From Balanoglossus misakiensis (Eukaryota > Animalia > Hemichordata): a stretch of DNA of 64,000 bases. Shown in pieces: positions 13,357-28,500 of the stretch (position 1 is the stretch's first letter; the number at the start of each line of letters is the position of its first letter). A program made the translations under genes and the position numbers. Under the pieces are notes generated by a model. The model was not told the origin of the DNA. It did no database searches and saw nothing but the letters and a program-made list of their open reading frames with translations. Where the stretch lies: the NCBI GenBank assembly GCA_040954595.2, contig CM082587.2, positions 8,437,403-8,501,402 of the forward strand. The letters run 5' to 3'.

Positions 13357-14413
13357 ATACATGTATACATACACCAAATTGGACCTTACAAAAATCAAGA
13401 CGCAGGCACTTGACTACTGTTAACAGATTATCATTTGTTTTAATGATGATGATGAAAATGAAAAGAAATATACAGATAGTAATGTAACCCCAAAACCAAA
13501 TTAAAAGTTGTCGTAACTTCATTTTGAAATAGTATAGGCAGTGATTTTTTATTATACACGATTGCTTTGATATATACAAAACTGTCAGCTGTACACTAAA
13601 TGTACAAGCCATGAAAATGGTGATATAGAAAAGGGGATGGAAAGATGAAAATCTGAAGATGTGGAAATTTTCAACAAGAGAATTGTTTGCCAAAATGACA
13701 GCATTTTATACATGTGATAACAAAATAGATTCCATGGTTGAGAATGAACTTCAATAAACTTACATTTTTCCCTCAAACTTGAAAACCAAAATAAAGCCAA
13801 ACAATGTCTGGATTTTTTGTCATCCACCTGGGGAATACAGCAACCATAATTTATAGGTCCGAATCCACTAAGTCTTTGTAGTATGTACATAAGTAATGTC
13901 ATCAGCATTCTAACTGAAGCTGAACATTTTGTATAATTATTTACAAAAAGAAACTATGGGTTACAGGAGATGGAAGAACAAAGTGTCTGCATGTTTCCCG
14001 AATAATGGTTACTTAACAAAGGCTTTCTATTCTCAGTTCAGGAAAGTGTTATTCCTTAATAGATAATTTTCCACTCATTGCAAGATCCCACGAGACTTTG
14101 TTAATTACCGTAGCAACGCATTGCTAACCAAGTATTACAAGTCAAGGTTTGTATGAAACTAGAAAATTTGCAGATTTTAACAAAATTGTAACTTTTGTAA
14201 TGTTCAACATGATCAGCCATGTGTTTTTTATCCTGTGTCACATGACTACAACTATGTCCTCCCCATATGAATGAGATCTCGCAGGGTCTTGTGGAGTTCG
14301 GAAAATGGTCTATACACACAAAGATGAGGAAGTCTGGAATCTTGTCTTTTGAACTGCTGGAGTTTTAAAATAAAATGAATTTTTAAAATAATACCACCAT
14401 AATGCTAACTTGC

Positions 14414-14596
14414 TACAGTCAAACCTGTGTTAGTGACCACCTCTATATAGTGACCACCTCTATATAGTGACCACTTAGTTACAGTCCCTGTGCAATTTAC
14501 ACGTGTATAAATTAACCTGTCTATAAAGACCACCTGTCTATAAAGGCCAGTTTGGTAAAGTCCCTTGACTGGCCACTATAGACAGGTTTGACTGTA
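14414..14596. mobile_element. TA-flanked MITE (CAGTCAAACCTGT termini; pogo/Tigger-like)
   Basis: TA|CAGTCAAACCTGT...ACAGGTTTGACTG|TA with internal tatagtgaccacct repeats. A second, deleted copy lies at 22968-23081. Confidence 0.8.
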
Positions 14597-15118
14597 TGAA
14601 AAATAAACATTTCCAAATGCCCTTTGTCTTGTGTGGGAGGGGGGTCCAATGCTACTCTGAAACTAGTATGTGGTGTGCCACAACCAATCTTGCTGACAGC
14701 TCAGATACACAAGTAGCTAATAAAATATTCTGATTCGATTGATAAAGTTACTAACAGTGGAAACTGAAATGATTGATCTCAGTAAAACATTGGATGAGAC
14801 AAACATTTATGTGAACAGAAAGCTAAATCATGCAAACGTAAAATCATGGCTAAATAACAGAGGTGGCTTTCAGCTTGCCAGAACTAAATCTTTCATCAAA
14901 ACTACCTATAGATCAGACATTGTCAAATGCCAATAAATAATGTACATAACAGCTATTCAACAAATAACATTTTGCAGGTAAATACAGGTGTTTGCAATCC
15001 AAAAGCCAAGTGCTGGATCCTCGTTACTGTGCAAACCTCAATAGAACACTGGTTAGCACTGTAACATGGTTGTATTACTCAAAAAAGACATTTGAGTGAG
15101 CGGTTTCAAGCTTCCTTG

Positions 15119-15768
15119 TTAGGGAGCTTGTGAGGTTCATGAGCTTTTATCTTTTACACTTCCATTTTTTATCATAAATATTGTTCCTTTGTAATGGTCA
15201 CCTGAGGTGACAACTTGGCAACAGTGAAAATCTTTCAAAAATTATGTCAACAGGAATGTATAGCAGCTTTATGTTTTTCATTAGCATTTCTTCACTTTGT
15301 CATTTTGATGTTTCTTTGTCTTCTACCGGTAAATGGTGCAACTCAAAAAGAGCTGATCACGAGTCCAATTTTTCACGCTATAGTAAATGTATACTGAACA
15401 TGCTCTCAAAAATGTGTGCGTTTTTCTGTCTTTTTTGAAATTATAATTATCGTAATTTAAACAAAACCGGCTTAAAATTACCATTGGTGATTCTGGAAAT
15501 AATAATCTGGGTTTTTTTAAGCCTGAGATATGATTTCAGATTTTTAGTCTAAATAACCATCGGCTATATGGGGCAACAGTTACAGTTTGTAAGTTAACTT
15601 TCTTAAATCTGTCCTTTAAGATGCAAAGTTCATATCAAAAATTTTGCTGATATCGAGATGAATTTCATAGAAAGTTCTTCCTGTTGATATAAGCTCTTTC
15701 TGTAAAAGATATACTTGACCCAGAAATTTATTAAAATATCTTGTCACAAACCTCACAAACTACCTTAA
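15119..15768. mobile_element. TTAA/AGG-terminated non-autonomous element (Kolobok-like), degenerate
   Basis: 5' ttagggagcttgtgagg is an imperfect inverse of 3' cctcacaaactaccttaa. Confidence 0.5.
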
Positions 15769-16054
15769 AAATAACATCAAATCAACATAACTATAATATT
15801 CTTTTGGTTTTGGCAAAGTATTGAGCAATAGAAGTATGCAGGGGAAAAAGAGTTGGTATTTATCTGTGCTGGACCACTGGCAGGCAACATACAGAACTTG
15901 TCTCACTCTATGATTAAGAGTCCCACTGTGAAAAAAAATCTGCAGTCACTTTGTTAAAAAGATAAAACTTCATTGAAGTTGAAAAAATAATCTCAAAAAC
16001 TCATTTTTGTAATTTTTTTCTTTTGTTGTAAACTAAAAATCTCAAAATATCTGT

Positions 16055-19000
16055 CTATTCAATGAACCTTTTCTTTGGACCACGGACTCGCCCTGACCGC
16101 CTTATCGTGTGCTTGGCATCCCGACATCGTTGACAGACAAAGACCTCTGGAATGTTAGATTTGCGGATTTTAGCACAGGAAAGATGAATCCATGTTTGGC
16201 ATTCTGAACACTCTATCATGGGTCTACCGGCAAACGGCTTGTTACAGTAACATGTGATTAAATCAAAAGAATCTTCACCTGTTGAAAGAAGTAAAAGGGA
16301 AAAATATTGGTTAATAAACACTTCCTAATACCGACATGTTCAGATTGCACATCAGCTTTATGTGTGATTACACAAAGATGATCATGAGGGCTATTAAAGG
16401 GACAAAGTCTCTCTCTCGCTGACCTTCAAGTCACAGCTAATGTTATTCTACATGTGAATATATATAGTGAATGAACGTTCAACCACACACAACTTCCATC
16501 CCATTTGTAGACACGAGAGTTAAAAAATTCACCAAAATAAATAATCGGTCTTTACCATTTATTCATTTTAGCGAGATTTTTACTCTCATATCCTACAAAC
16601 GGGATGGAAGTTGTGTGTTTGTTCGAATGTTGATTCACTATTATATCCACATGTAGAATAACAAATAAATAATAGCAATGCACTTACCATCTTCATGGAT
16701 GTCCCGTCTGCGCGGGCGCGGAATTAAACTTGAGTTACTGCTACTGCTACTCATTGAACTACTCATACTGTCAAGTGAGTCACTGCTGTAACTACCAGCA
16801 TTGCTTCCACTGCTGTCTAGCGGGCTGCTGTTATCTTTCCTAATAAGTTCCTGTCATAGAAAAAACACAAGGCAAAAATAAAAAGTTTGAAAATTATAGC
16901 AAAAACACTGTTTATAACGGTGATACCGTGAACTAGATGCAAACCCAACTAGGTCACGCCCCCTGCGATACAATGCTACTCACCCCTGCTAATGTAATGA
17001 AAGATCCCAGACATAATAGCTGGGTGCCCTTCCATATATGGAGTATGTGCATGCATAATTAATCACAAGTATAGTGCAGGGTATTTACCCTGCATGTAAG
17101 CCTGTTTTTTGCATTACAATTCCCAGTAATAGCAGCACACTATTTACAATGTACAGCCGCATGATCATGGTAAGGTCATTTGCATAGTATTTAAAATCAA
17201 TCGAGAGCATTTGCCAAAATGTATGTAGCTGGGACCATGGTGGTTGCTGGAAGTGAGCGGTGTGTACATACTCAGCTGTGTCAGTGACGTGAAGCCATCA
17301 AATTCGTTACCACCAGTTCGGGTCAAATTTTAAGCACGACATAGCTTCATATAAACTGGACAAGTTACACTACCTGTTGTTCAGCTTCGTAGGCAAGAAC
17401 CCATGTACAAAACATATTGAAGTCTGCTACTGTGCGTCTCTTCTTTGGCTGCGGTGAATACATCTAGACAGACCAACAAAATCAACATTGTTATACTGTG
17501 ATCTACACAATAATAATTTCAGGCATGTTTCATTCCCACTGGATTCACTGACATTCTGTTTAATACTTCACTTACATAAACCTGTTCGTGTTTTACATGC
17601 CTATTCTAATATTCTGCAGTAATCGTCAATATGGATGTACCAAATATTCATGCTACAAACAGAGTATATAAACATATATATCCCAAAGATATAATTTTTA
17701 CAATATTGGAATATGTTCTGACTGAACAGGCTGTAACAATTTACATGTAATCACTGAAATATAACTCTCTCACACATTCACAAACTCTCATGCAGTGTAT
17801 GTGTGAGCATGTAACAGGCTACAGGGAATATCCTATCAGCTGGGCAAGCTGGATATTCTAGATGATGAAAATCAGTAGTCATTGTAATTTGTTTACAGAT
17901 CGCACCCCAAACTCCTTTCTTCTAAAGTCACATGCGAAAATATACTACGGGTTTAGAATTATGGTATATGTGGCCTATTTTGCTATAATTTAAAGTAATA
18001 AACCAGCATTTGCCTACGAATGTATTATAGGTAGCAGATGCTATTAGCCCTATCTGCTTTATACATAATAGGCCAGAACTGAACTCACACGTCAAGGAAT
18101 GCAAAATTGTGTGGGTTTGACTGTTAGGTTCACTTGGTGTAATTAATAAAATGCTAACTTTATAAACACCAAACTTTCCTGCACATTTATATCTGACATG
18201 GTACAGCTATATTTACTACAATTCAATACAAATGGACAACAATGTAATGGACAACACGTAAGGCTGAACAATAATTGTAAGCAATTCGGCCATCGATCGT
18301 GACATACCGCACCGTTCGCCATGCCACTTTCAAAGTCGCAGTTTCAGTTAATTCTGGCTAAATGGGTATATTTCATCCCAAAATAATGCTGTGTCGGAAT
18401 TTTATCCGACAATTTGTGTAATCATGCCACAAACATTCCCACTTCCTCTCGGGTCATGTTGATGGTTTCTATCTGGTCAACTGATCACTTGTCGATATTT
18501 TTCCAAACAGTGTCTGCTGGTACATGTTATCTCACTTAGTGTTGATTTTGACCCTTTATAATATCGTACACCTTTAAGAAGCATTTAAAGACGTGCTCGG
18601 CTGAAACATTGTCGATGTTGTAACGTATGCAACCCGTGGTGCGATTGCGAAAAAGGACAACAATTCAACAATATGGCCGCCATGAACAGAAGAAAGACAT
18701 ACATGCACCGTTCGTTCAAAATGCAGCATAGGGGGCGAAGATGTCAAAGAAATTGCCCGAAAATTGCTGAGGATAATTTTGTTAGCAGGTTTGGTCGTAT
18801 AAATACACAAAGTTACACAAAAACCGTGTAATTTTCACGTACGCCAGACGTTCACTCACACAAACAAACGAATTTAAAACCACCGAGTGGAACACACGTC
18901 ACAGCGGATATAGAAAGTATGATTGTAGAAAAACTGCTCGATGGATTTTTATAAAATATTGACATCGAGAAGATTATGTCGATATCAACATCTGACAGAA

Positions 19001-19170
19001 ATTTTACGGAAATCTATCGGAAAATTTGGGAGTATGCAATGTGTTCATAAATTCTCTTCTTACAGAGCACAAGAATTCACACATCATGGCGTCCGTACAC
19101 AGCTGCAAAGCAGGAGCCTAATGTCTGAGAAACTTACCCCGTTTTCTTCTTTTTTAGTAATTTTCATCAT
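16055..19170 (-). CDS. PHF13/PHF23-like PHD finger protein, about 169 aa
   Basis: Exons 19138-19170 ([11 protein letters not shown]; tentative first exon), 17374-17463 ([20 protein letters not shown], the PHF13/PHF23 N-terminal motif), 16688-16850 (Ser-rich) and 16055-16278 ([47 protein letters not shown], a C4HC3 PHD). Phases are consistent. Confidence 0.88.
16394..16662. mobile_element. MITE family A, internally deleted copy
   Basis: Begins ttaaagggacaaagtctctctctcgctg and shares the palindromic core with 45733-46081. Confidence 0.75.
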
Positions 19171-20590
19171 ACTTGACACTGAAAAGAATAAAATAAACTC
19201 ATTTACACACTAATTTTCCACTGGAAACAGAAGGTTTTACGTGAGTAACAATATGTGTGCCAACTGGTGTTTTTTTCTACAAACACACACACTAACATCA
19301 TGTTAGAGCGATTCTAAGCCAAGGCCACGTTTGGACATCGGAAATACTGTCGGCGCTATGAGTAAATGTTGTCCCTAAAATCATTTACAAAACTAATGGT
19401 GAGCAGTCATCTATATTTAAGACAAACGCATCTGAGGAATACAGGCATGTCTCATTGTTCTCACAATATTAGTGAAATCATAGGAATGAAACATGCAATA
19501 GCATGAGTCGTTTTGTCAGTCGGAGCTTGACATTTGCAGTGATATCTGCTTACTGACTCAGTCAAGTTAACTAACCTTTAAGACGTCGCTTTCCATCCAG
19601 TGACAAATTGGAGGTGAACTTGATTTTGTTGACTGTGTACAAGAATAGCTGATTTCAGTAAGAATGTCATCAACTTGCTTTGAGAGTATCCGGGGGACTT
19701 CAGTAAAAACTGATACAACAACGCCGTTCATACCCACAATGCAACTTACTGGAGGCGTGACCTCTATTTACATAGATTATATATGTAAATTTATTCTGGT
19801 GACGTAGTGTACCTGCATAATTTAAAAACGCGACCTGAAAACAGCTGTGTCGGTGGATCGATCAGAGGAGGAGGCGCAAGAGGTTACTTTCGTGGCCGAG
19901 GTAATTTATTAGTACTACTGCATTTTAACTAACATCTTCTGATCATGTCCCGTCAGATCGCATGTACCATATTTAGATTTGTTGGTTGGTTGGTGCGGGA
20001 TTTTGACGCCTTTGGCGGCGCGGCACAGTCCCTCCACAAGGTGATGGGTGACCCCCCCCCCCATTAAGTAAACAAACAATAACAACCATCATGATACAAT
20101 GAATGTCCTCACACAGTGTCTTGAATTGAGTCGGCCAAACAGAAAATAACAAACAAACAACATCAACAACAGGATGTCTTGAGTATTGTTAAAGAGGAAC
20201 AATTTTTAGATAGATAAATAACATACATTCTCATTTTCTTCAGTTTCAGAAACCAAGAACCAAGTGATTATTCCACATCTTGAGCACTTTGATGTTAACA
20301 TCAGCACAAGTGATTGGGCACATTATCATTGGATATATTTATATGCCAAAGTTCAACAAATGCATGACTGAAAAGTAACCTGTCCCCTGACTATTTAGAA
20401 GTTTCTGCCAAATATCAGCTTTGAAACAGGCACCACCGAATACAGAGCATCTGAGGAGGATTTCAAGGAAGTGATAGACATGTGAAAGTGTCTTTGCATC
20501 TACATGTGTATAATCTGATCATGAGCCTTGGACTTTTGAAATTTGAAATGGAAGAGGATACAACAGGGACTGATTTTGCGGCAAATTTGG

Positions 20591-20643
20591 GATGATGATG
20601 ATGATGCAATGATGATGATGATGATAAATGAAGCAGTGATGAT
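20591..20643. repeat. (GAT)n imperfect microsatellite
   Basis: gatgatgatgatgatgcaatgatgatgatgatgat; source of the spurious His/Ser/Asp-rich ORFs. Confidence 0.8.
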
Positions 20644-22504
20644 AAAACAAGAAAGGAATATAGGACTGAGATGGACAGAAAGATGGCCAACAAAGCTGAT
20701 GACAAACAAGACTGTTTATCTGCATATTTCTTTTGTTATTTTATATTAAAATTCCTTCCTACAATTTTATCTTCCCTGTCTTTTATCAGAGTACCGTAGG
20801 AGATGTGTGAGATGTATCAACTATGCAAGGGAGTGTGCAGAGTGTTAGTTTGGCTACTCTTGCCTGCCTGTCAAACATAAAGAAGGGTTCGTGGTGTAAT
20901 CAAATTTCAGCCTCAGCTGTTATAATGGCACTGACACAGATGCCTGCATCACACAGGGCATTGTAGCTGCTAGATTTGGTGATGGTAGAATAGAAGCCCT
21001 GGTTATTCTGGGCTGTTGGCTATGTTCAAAGTGTCTATACCACCTATTACAAAGCTGCTAATTTCTACTGTCAAAATCTCTGTAAACAAGGGTTATACAA
21101 ATGTATCTCTATACATAGTGGAATGTTTTGGTCAAGGAAAATGTGTGACTGGCAAAATTTGCCACTTGCTGAGAAATTCTTCCTCCTAGATATGACCAGA
21201 CAAACAAACAGGTACATACATACAGTGGATATGGGCGTGTGTGTAGCAAAACTTGCATATCTACTCCAACATACAAAGCCAGCTACTGTTCACGCAGGGG
21301 CCCAGGCAACACAAATGAGAAAACATGGTGTTCGTTACAGTTACTAATCAAATTTTTATTTAAAAATTCACTGCATGAAATGCATAAAAAACATATTGAC
21401 ACCAAGACACACTCAAAGCTAACAAGATCCATCCCAATGCCATGTGTCTGTGAAAGCACAGGGAAAGATACAGTCTGGATTTCCAGTCCCTGCTCGCTTC
21501 ATTGATGTACAGTGCGCCACTGGCAGTAGGACATGCCACAGGGAGAAGTGGTCAGGCAGGCTTCACCCTTTCACCACCATGGCTCAGTCCAAACCCATTT
21601 TCTCCAATAGTTAGGTTGGACCTCTCAAGAGGGAAATGGGGATGAAAGGTTCAGGGCTCTACTCCTGGACTTATCTTACCACCGGTGGCGCACTAGTGAA
21701 GCGAACAGGGTCTGCAAAGCGAGACTTTAAGAGTGAGGAAAATCTGACTCCTGTGGAACAAGTCTTGTGTAATCTGGGGTGTACACTTTTGTCTGGGGCT
21801 GAATATGGATAACTTTGTGACACTTTTATGAAACTGTGATTGACAACATTTGAAGACAGAAATATAGACCCCTGGAAACCAAGGTAGGGGACTACTCAAA
21901 AGAACGAATGGCTATAGAATGTGACATCCACACACTACCTTTATACAGTACTGTTGCAGACATTTCTGCTTTTGTGACCCACAGAATTTCATTACAAATT
22001 TAAATGTTTTAATCAATAAACTCTGACTTTAACATACTCTACCAAATCAACATAAATATTTCTAGTCACAATTTACAAAGTTGCTCCCAAGATTTGTATT
22101 TGATGTGACCACCAAAATACTTGTCTGAAACCATATCATACATGTAATATCTCCAGCTAATAGGTTTTGCATTGAATATCGTTTTAAAGTTCCTGACATC
22201 AACTGGAATGTCTTTAAAAGTTGCAAACACTTTCTTTTAAAGTTGAAGACTCCAGAAATTGTAACATTTCATATCATTATATAATTATGTAAATCGTGCA
22301 AAAATGAAAGAAATAGCAAGGGAGTGCAGATCATAGGATTTTGTTGACCTAAAGTATTATACATGTACATCTAATGATTTTTTGTTTTATTTTTTTGTTT
22401 TATTCTCATTCTTTTTTATTCTCTGTCAAAGTTGTATTTAGATCTATGCCTGATTGTAGCACATATCATACACAAAGAATCGGACCTACTGTAATTATTA
22501 CTGT

Positions 22505-25500
22505 TTAGATAGAAATAGACCCTTCTCTGAAACTAGTACGTCCAATCAAGGCATTGATTAGCACTGCTTTGCCGGCTTTGCATTCGGCCTGGGCTTCCAG
22601 GAATAATTCCTTCATTTTGTCTTCATTCTCTCGGTTCAGCAGGTACCCCTTTCCACCGTAGCCTTCAGCAACTTTGTGGTAGTCGGTGTACTAAAATAAT
22701 CCACGGAAATAAAATGAAGTTAATTACACTTACAATGTTTGTGTATTACTAACAATGCAATAAGTCAAATATCAACAGCCTATCTCCTTGGATTCTTACA
22801 AATTACTGTGGTTCTTTGGTATCTACATTAATTCACTGTAATTCTTCCAAATCACTGTTTGTTGAGAACAAATGTAGATACAACTGTGTATGTTGCATGT
22901 AAACTGGATCAAGATGGCTGCATTCAGAATTGCAATACTGTGCTGATCATGATCAGTCACTTTAATATACAGCCAAAACCTGTGTTAGTGACCACTTTGA
23001 CCTGTATATAAAGGCCACCTGTATATTATGGCCAGTTTAGGAAAGTCCCTTGATGGGCCACTATAGACAGGTTCGACTGTATTATTATTTATTGGATGCT
23101 ATACTGTACCATTGCATTCTTTCTTGGCGAAGTGGCCATGTGGTGGCGCTCTCTTGATGCGTTTGCCACCCATTGACATTTTATGACAGGCTATAGTTGA
23201 CCGTATACCTTTTGCTTTAACAGGGGTGTTAGACTTCCATGTAAATGGCCTTCTGATCATGCATTGCAAGCCTTTGCACAGAAATGGCAATATTTATTGC
23301 ATCATTAGGGAATAACCTATAGAAAGCTACTTCAAATACTACTATGATCGAACTGATAAAGCGGTTGCATTCATACAATACCTAGATACATGGTACAACA
23401 ATGTTAAATGGTACTTACAGCCAACAGACAGCCTACTGCACTGCCTAACATTGGGACCTGATCACGACAAATTTGCATCCATGCTGCATCGGTACCAACA
23501 AGTGCTAACACAGGGATCTGCAGGAAAGACAAACACAAGCACAGAAAGAGGGTTCAGTCTGTTCATATCATCTGACTGTTATCAGCCCTGACGAAAAAGC
23601 CTTACGCAAGTTGATCTTGATGTCAAGAGAGTATTGATGGTTCTATTACTACTACAGACAGTCTTCCCTGTTGTGTGCAGGGACTGTGTTGCAATGGATG
23701 TAGCAGGAATGGGAGTAGGAGCTAGATCAGGATAAAAGCACAAAATGCAATTGTACTTGACAGTTCTTCACAAAATATGGTCATGTATGGACAAGGGCTC
23801 AGTGATTGACATATGAACATAATGGGTGATACATGTATAAACTGTATATAGGCAACTCGGGTCCAGAAAATACATGTATGTCCTTAATAGAAGGGCCATA
23901 TTCTAACTGTGACTTTTCTCTTGAAAAATCTGTCCTAAAGGATGTATGTTCAGTAAAATTGAAAGTATTGTCATTTTTTTTAATTGTGGATTTTTTTATT
24001 CTCCTTTGTATGTATAATGAAAATCCGTAATAAAATATAGGGGTCACCGCGCTTGTTTTTGAAATACAGAGCCATGAATTTGGTCGATAATAGAAGAAAT
24101 CTGCTGACTCAGCATTTTTCACCAATGGTTTGTCTATGGGCAAAATTTTTAACACAATTTATCTCAAAATAGAGCGCGGTGACCCCTATATTTTATTTGA
24201 CCAATGAATTTATATTTGCTGGACTGAGCTATGCGTAAAATTTCGTGAAAATGACAATAGTAGAAGTTTGTTTTCTGGCGATTATCAATGTAATCCTAGG
24301 GGGAAAAGACTGGGCGCGCATTTTATGTTCTGCACGTACATCCTTAATAAAGAGGAGTCCTGATCAGAGAGGTGGCTGCCAATCACGACAGGTTTGACAG
24401 AACACCCCTCACTGAGTCTGAGTCCAGTTTCATAGCTATTGTTTGTTCTTTGCATCAGTTGATAAACAATCATCAGCAAAGTTGAAAATTTGTCATCTAT
24501 TGACAGTTTTCATGAGCTATAACCCATGAAAAATATGCAAAAACGCTTAGCCTGTGACACAGTGACACCAAACGGAAAATGGTATCACCCACACCAAGGT
24601 GGGCGGAAGTTGGTCCTGGCGCTTTTTTTCCCATGATTCAAATTACAGTAAACGCCATATTGGAAATTCTGCCAACTTTCCCTCGATTTTGTAAAAAATC
24701 GCGCGACTTATACATGGCGAATATGTTTTTTTCTGAAAGAGTGACCTCAAAGCTACCAAATTATGTGGAAATCAGCTACAACGGATTTCCCCTTTAAAGA
24801 GACCCAGCATACATGAAGGGAAAAGTCCAACTTAAAATAGAACCTTACACACACTCTCTGTTACACACGTATGCCAACATGTCATTTATATACTGGGACT
24901 TGACCCATACAGCAACATAATTATATGATAGATCTAGATGCCATAGGTTTTTTATGGCAGTAGGTGTATAATAATTTATACTGGGAGAAGTACTGTGCTA
25001 TGTATAATGAACATTAAAACAGAGTGTAAAATGTTTCATAAATTCCATGTCAGAAAAAGCTCTTGTACCAATTTGCTCCTTTCTACTATAATAACACGGT
25101 ATTTACCTTGTGACGTGTGAAGGTGTCAAACTCTGCCACACTATATCCAAGTGAGCCATCACCATAGATGATCCATACTTCCGACTCTGGACGACATAGT
25201 TTGGCACCCAGAGCAAAACCACCACCAACACCAAGCGTGCCAAATGCACCGGGGTCGAGCCAGCGTAGCGGACCTGTTGGTCTGTAACAACACAGTACAA
25301 TGATGCAGTCTAGAATCCAGACTTGTGTGGGGGTTTTCTGCTTTGTGCACTCCACACACAGGGGCAAGCATTTTGGTCTTCGTTTTTGGAATTCTGCTAT
25401 TTGCATGTCAAAGGACTCTAGCCATGGCAACTCATGTCACTGATATTGAGCAACACCTGTGCTCATTAATTCAGCCAATGAAGTAGATCAGGTAAAAATT

Positions 25501-28500
25501 GACTTGTGTAACAGTTGCCTCTTTTGAAACCGCGAAAATTTCCTGTCGCGAATATAACCCGTTTTACAGTATTTTCCAGTGGGTATGGCATTGTTTACTC
25601 AGTCTCATATTTATACCAGGCTGCGCGTAAAGTACAAACAATGGTACAACCAGTTCAAATGTACAGACACTAGACTTTCGTGTATGTCCACCATTTATGT
25701 TTCTCACCTGACAATGTACGCAGCGCTACCAACAAAGTCTCCTCCATCAGCAACTAGAATACTGTCCTCTGGTAGTAAATCATCTAGACAATGCAGTATT
25801 TTCAATGGATTCAAATGTACATCTGTTGGTTTTTCTGCCATCTTTCTGTGAACAAAAAAATGCATTATGTCTCGTCTATTAAAAAGGTAACTGTATCTGT
25901 GTGTGTGTCCAGCCTGGACAATCAAAACCAGGATTTGGAATCCAAATTTGGATGTCATGATTTGTGGAAGAAATCAACAATCTTCATCATTTAATAAACA
26001 GCTGTCTGCCCATTCAGCAATGCACATTTTAAAAATCATGTACCATTTTTAGTCTAGCTAAAGCAGGTTCCATATATTGCTTGAACAACTAGACACTAGC
26101 CACGTGTCTTGCTACACGCCAATCAAGTAGTTTAACAGAAAACCTCATTTGTATTTGTATCAGAGGTAACAGCTATCAAAATTCTGCATTAGTTAAACAA
26201 AATCAGTAATGGGGCAGTAAAAATCAATCTTAGACATCTTGGTTGTTTCTTTGCTTGTGTTGAACAGTGAAAAGCTACGACTAATGAGGTACTTACAAGT
26301 TATTCTCTTCCTTGACAGAATCTCTTTGCTTGAGTGTTGATATCCATTCTGGGTCACATTTGTAGCCTGATAATCTTTTCTGTAGTGATACCAGAAAGCT
26401 GGCTGGGTCAGCCTGCACAGCTTGTGTAGGATTCCAAAACATGCCTGCATTCTGAAATATACACCACAAGAATAACAGAATCATTTAGAGATCCAATCCG
26501 ATTTCCTATCAACTCGTCATAATCAAGACTATAGGCTTGAAAGCCCCAGCAGTTGCCATTTTTTGCATTACATGTTTTCAAGTCTATTCAATCCAAATAT
26601 ATAATGTCATCACAACAGATTGTTGTTTTTCTTCAATGCTCCATTCAAACTGGCATTTCCATAAAAATCACTTTACCTTGTAGAGCTGATCTTTATTCCT
26701 GTTTACTGATATGATTTTAGATTTTCTGCTGAAGACTCGACCATAGGATAACCGGAAGTCACACACCATTCCTTAAGAGAACAATGCAAGATTGATAGAT
26801 TGAATTACCAGGTACAGAAAGATTTATATCACTTTTCAGTCAGGAAATGGATTTGACTAGACCATTAGTCACAAAATAGGCAATACCTGTGTTTAATTGA
26901 ACAGTGAAAATGATATGTGATTATCATACTAGACAAGAGAAAAACTCAAAATTGCTAAAAATAAAATACTCATTAAGTGTAGCTTCTATAATTGTGAAAA
27001 ATACGTTGACCCTCCCAAAGTACTTATTTATGAAGCCGTTTTACAAAGTTCAACGAAAACTGGCTAAGGCTTAGAGAAGTGGCCGATAGAGGGCGCTTTT
27101 CTTCAAAATCTAGTCAAGTGACACTTCCCCCCAGCATTTTTTATTCCACATAAATGTTCAGGAATCATGGTGTCAGCAGTATTAATTTCAACACGATCAG
27201 AGGAACTTTGATGTCAAAGTGCAAAGGTCATAAATCCAGGACTTGTGACCTAATGACATTAAACTTACCCAGTAAGATTACAACATCAGCTTCTTTGAGA
27301 GCATCTCTACGCTGTTGCCTGATGTGTATTGGACTATTTTTACCCAGCATGCCTCTGGCCATACCACCCAGAAAACAGGGAACACCAAGTTTCTGCAAGA
27401 GTATGGTTTCACAATAAATTACACTGAATAAATAAATTTATGTGCAAGGTTTTGTGTGACAGTTTGCATTCTGAGGGCGAGTGTGTGCGTTAGCCATGGA
27501 CTAGACGCCATGTTGAATGCAAATTATACCATCATGCATTGCAGATACCCTATCCGTGAAGTGGTCTATGGCAGACTAGGTGTCCACTATTATAGCTGTC
27601 TTTAAATCAAAATTATTTTTACTAATGTGTAAAGTAAGAATATTTGATCAAGTGCACAAAAACCAGGGTAGCTATAAATTCGGTTCTTTTTAAAAGAATA
27701 AAAAGTTTGAGTGATGAATGTTTTACATTTAATTGCCAATGTCAAGACTTCAAAAGACATCCAAGGTAGACACTTACCTCCAGTGCTTGTTTGAGATCAT
27801 TAACCGGGGTTGGTGGTAGAGTTGACTGACTGCCCAGTAGAATTAATGGCTTTCTGGCTCGACTCAATAACTCAGTTGCTTCTTGCACTGTAACAAACAC
27901 AAAATACTAGCAATTTCAAACAAATGATCGCAACAACAATTAAATTTCAAAACCTTCCATAGAATTACATCTTCGTTTACAATCTCCAGAGGAATTTGTT
28001 TGTCATGTACAACATATCCTTGTATACCATACATAGCATTCAAATTGTCATTTCACTCCACACAATTTTGGGAACTGACAAATAAACTACTGACGAAGTT
28101 CAGAATTCATAATGACTCAGGAATTGTTACTTCAATATGTATAATTCATACTGATGTAAAATATTTGAATACATTTTATCTAGATTTAAGGAACATGTAC
28201 TCAAACAAGACTATGATGGAATATCATAAATAGACCATGGGGGTAACCGTATGTATAGACCATTACAATAAAGGTTGTGTATATACAGGTTCTGATTGTG
28301 TATGTACATACAGGTACAGCAGCACTGACCGAGAGACTGTGATTTTTTTTTCTAAAAAGAGTGTTGTTACCTTGACTAGGTGTTGGCATTGGTCGATCAA
28401 CTGGCAATGGACTTGTATCTCTCTTTTCCCATGCACCAGCAAACAAATTATTTAGGTAATTTTTCAAATACCTGAAATGAAAACAACAATATCAGATCAG

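Noticed and set aside
20463-20749. Overlapping ORFs with poly-His/Ser/Asp/Met
   Set aside because: Artefact of the (GAT)n microsatellite; no splice or domain support.
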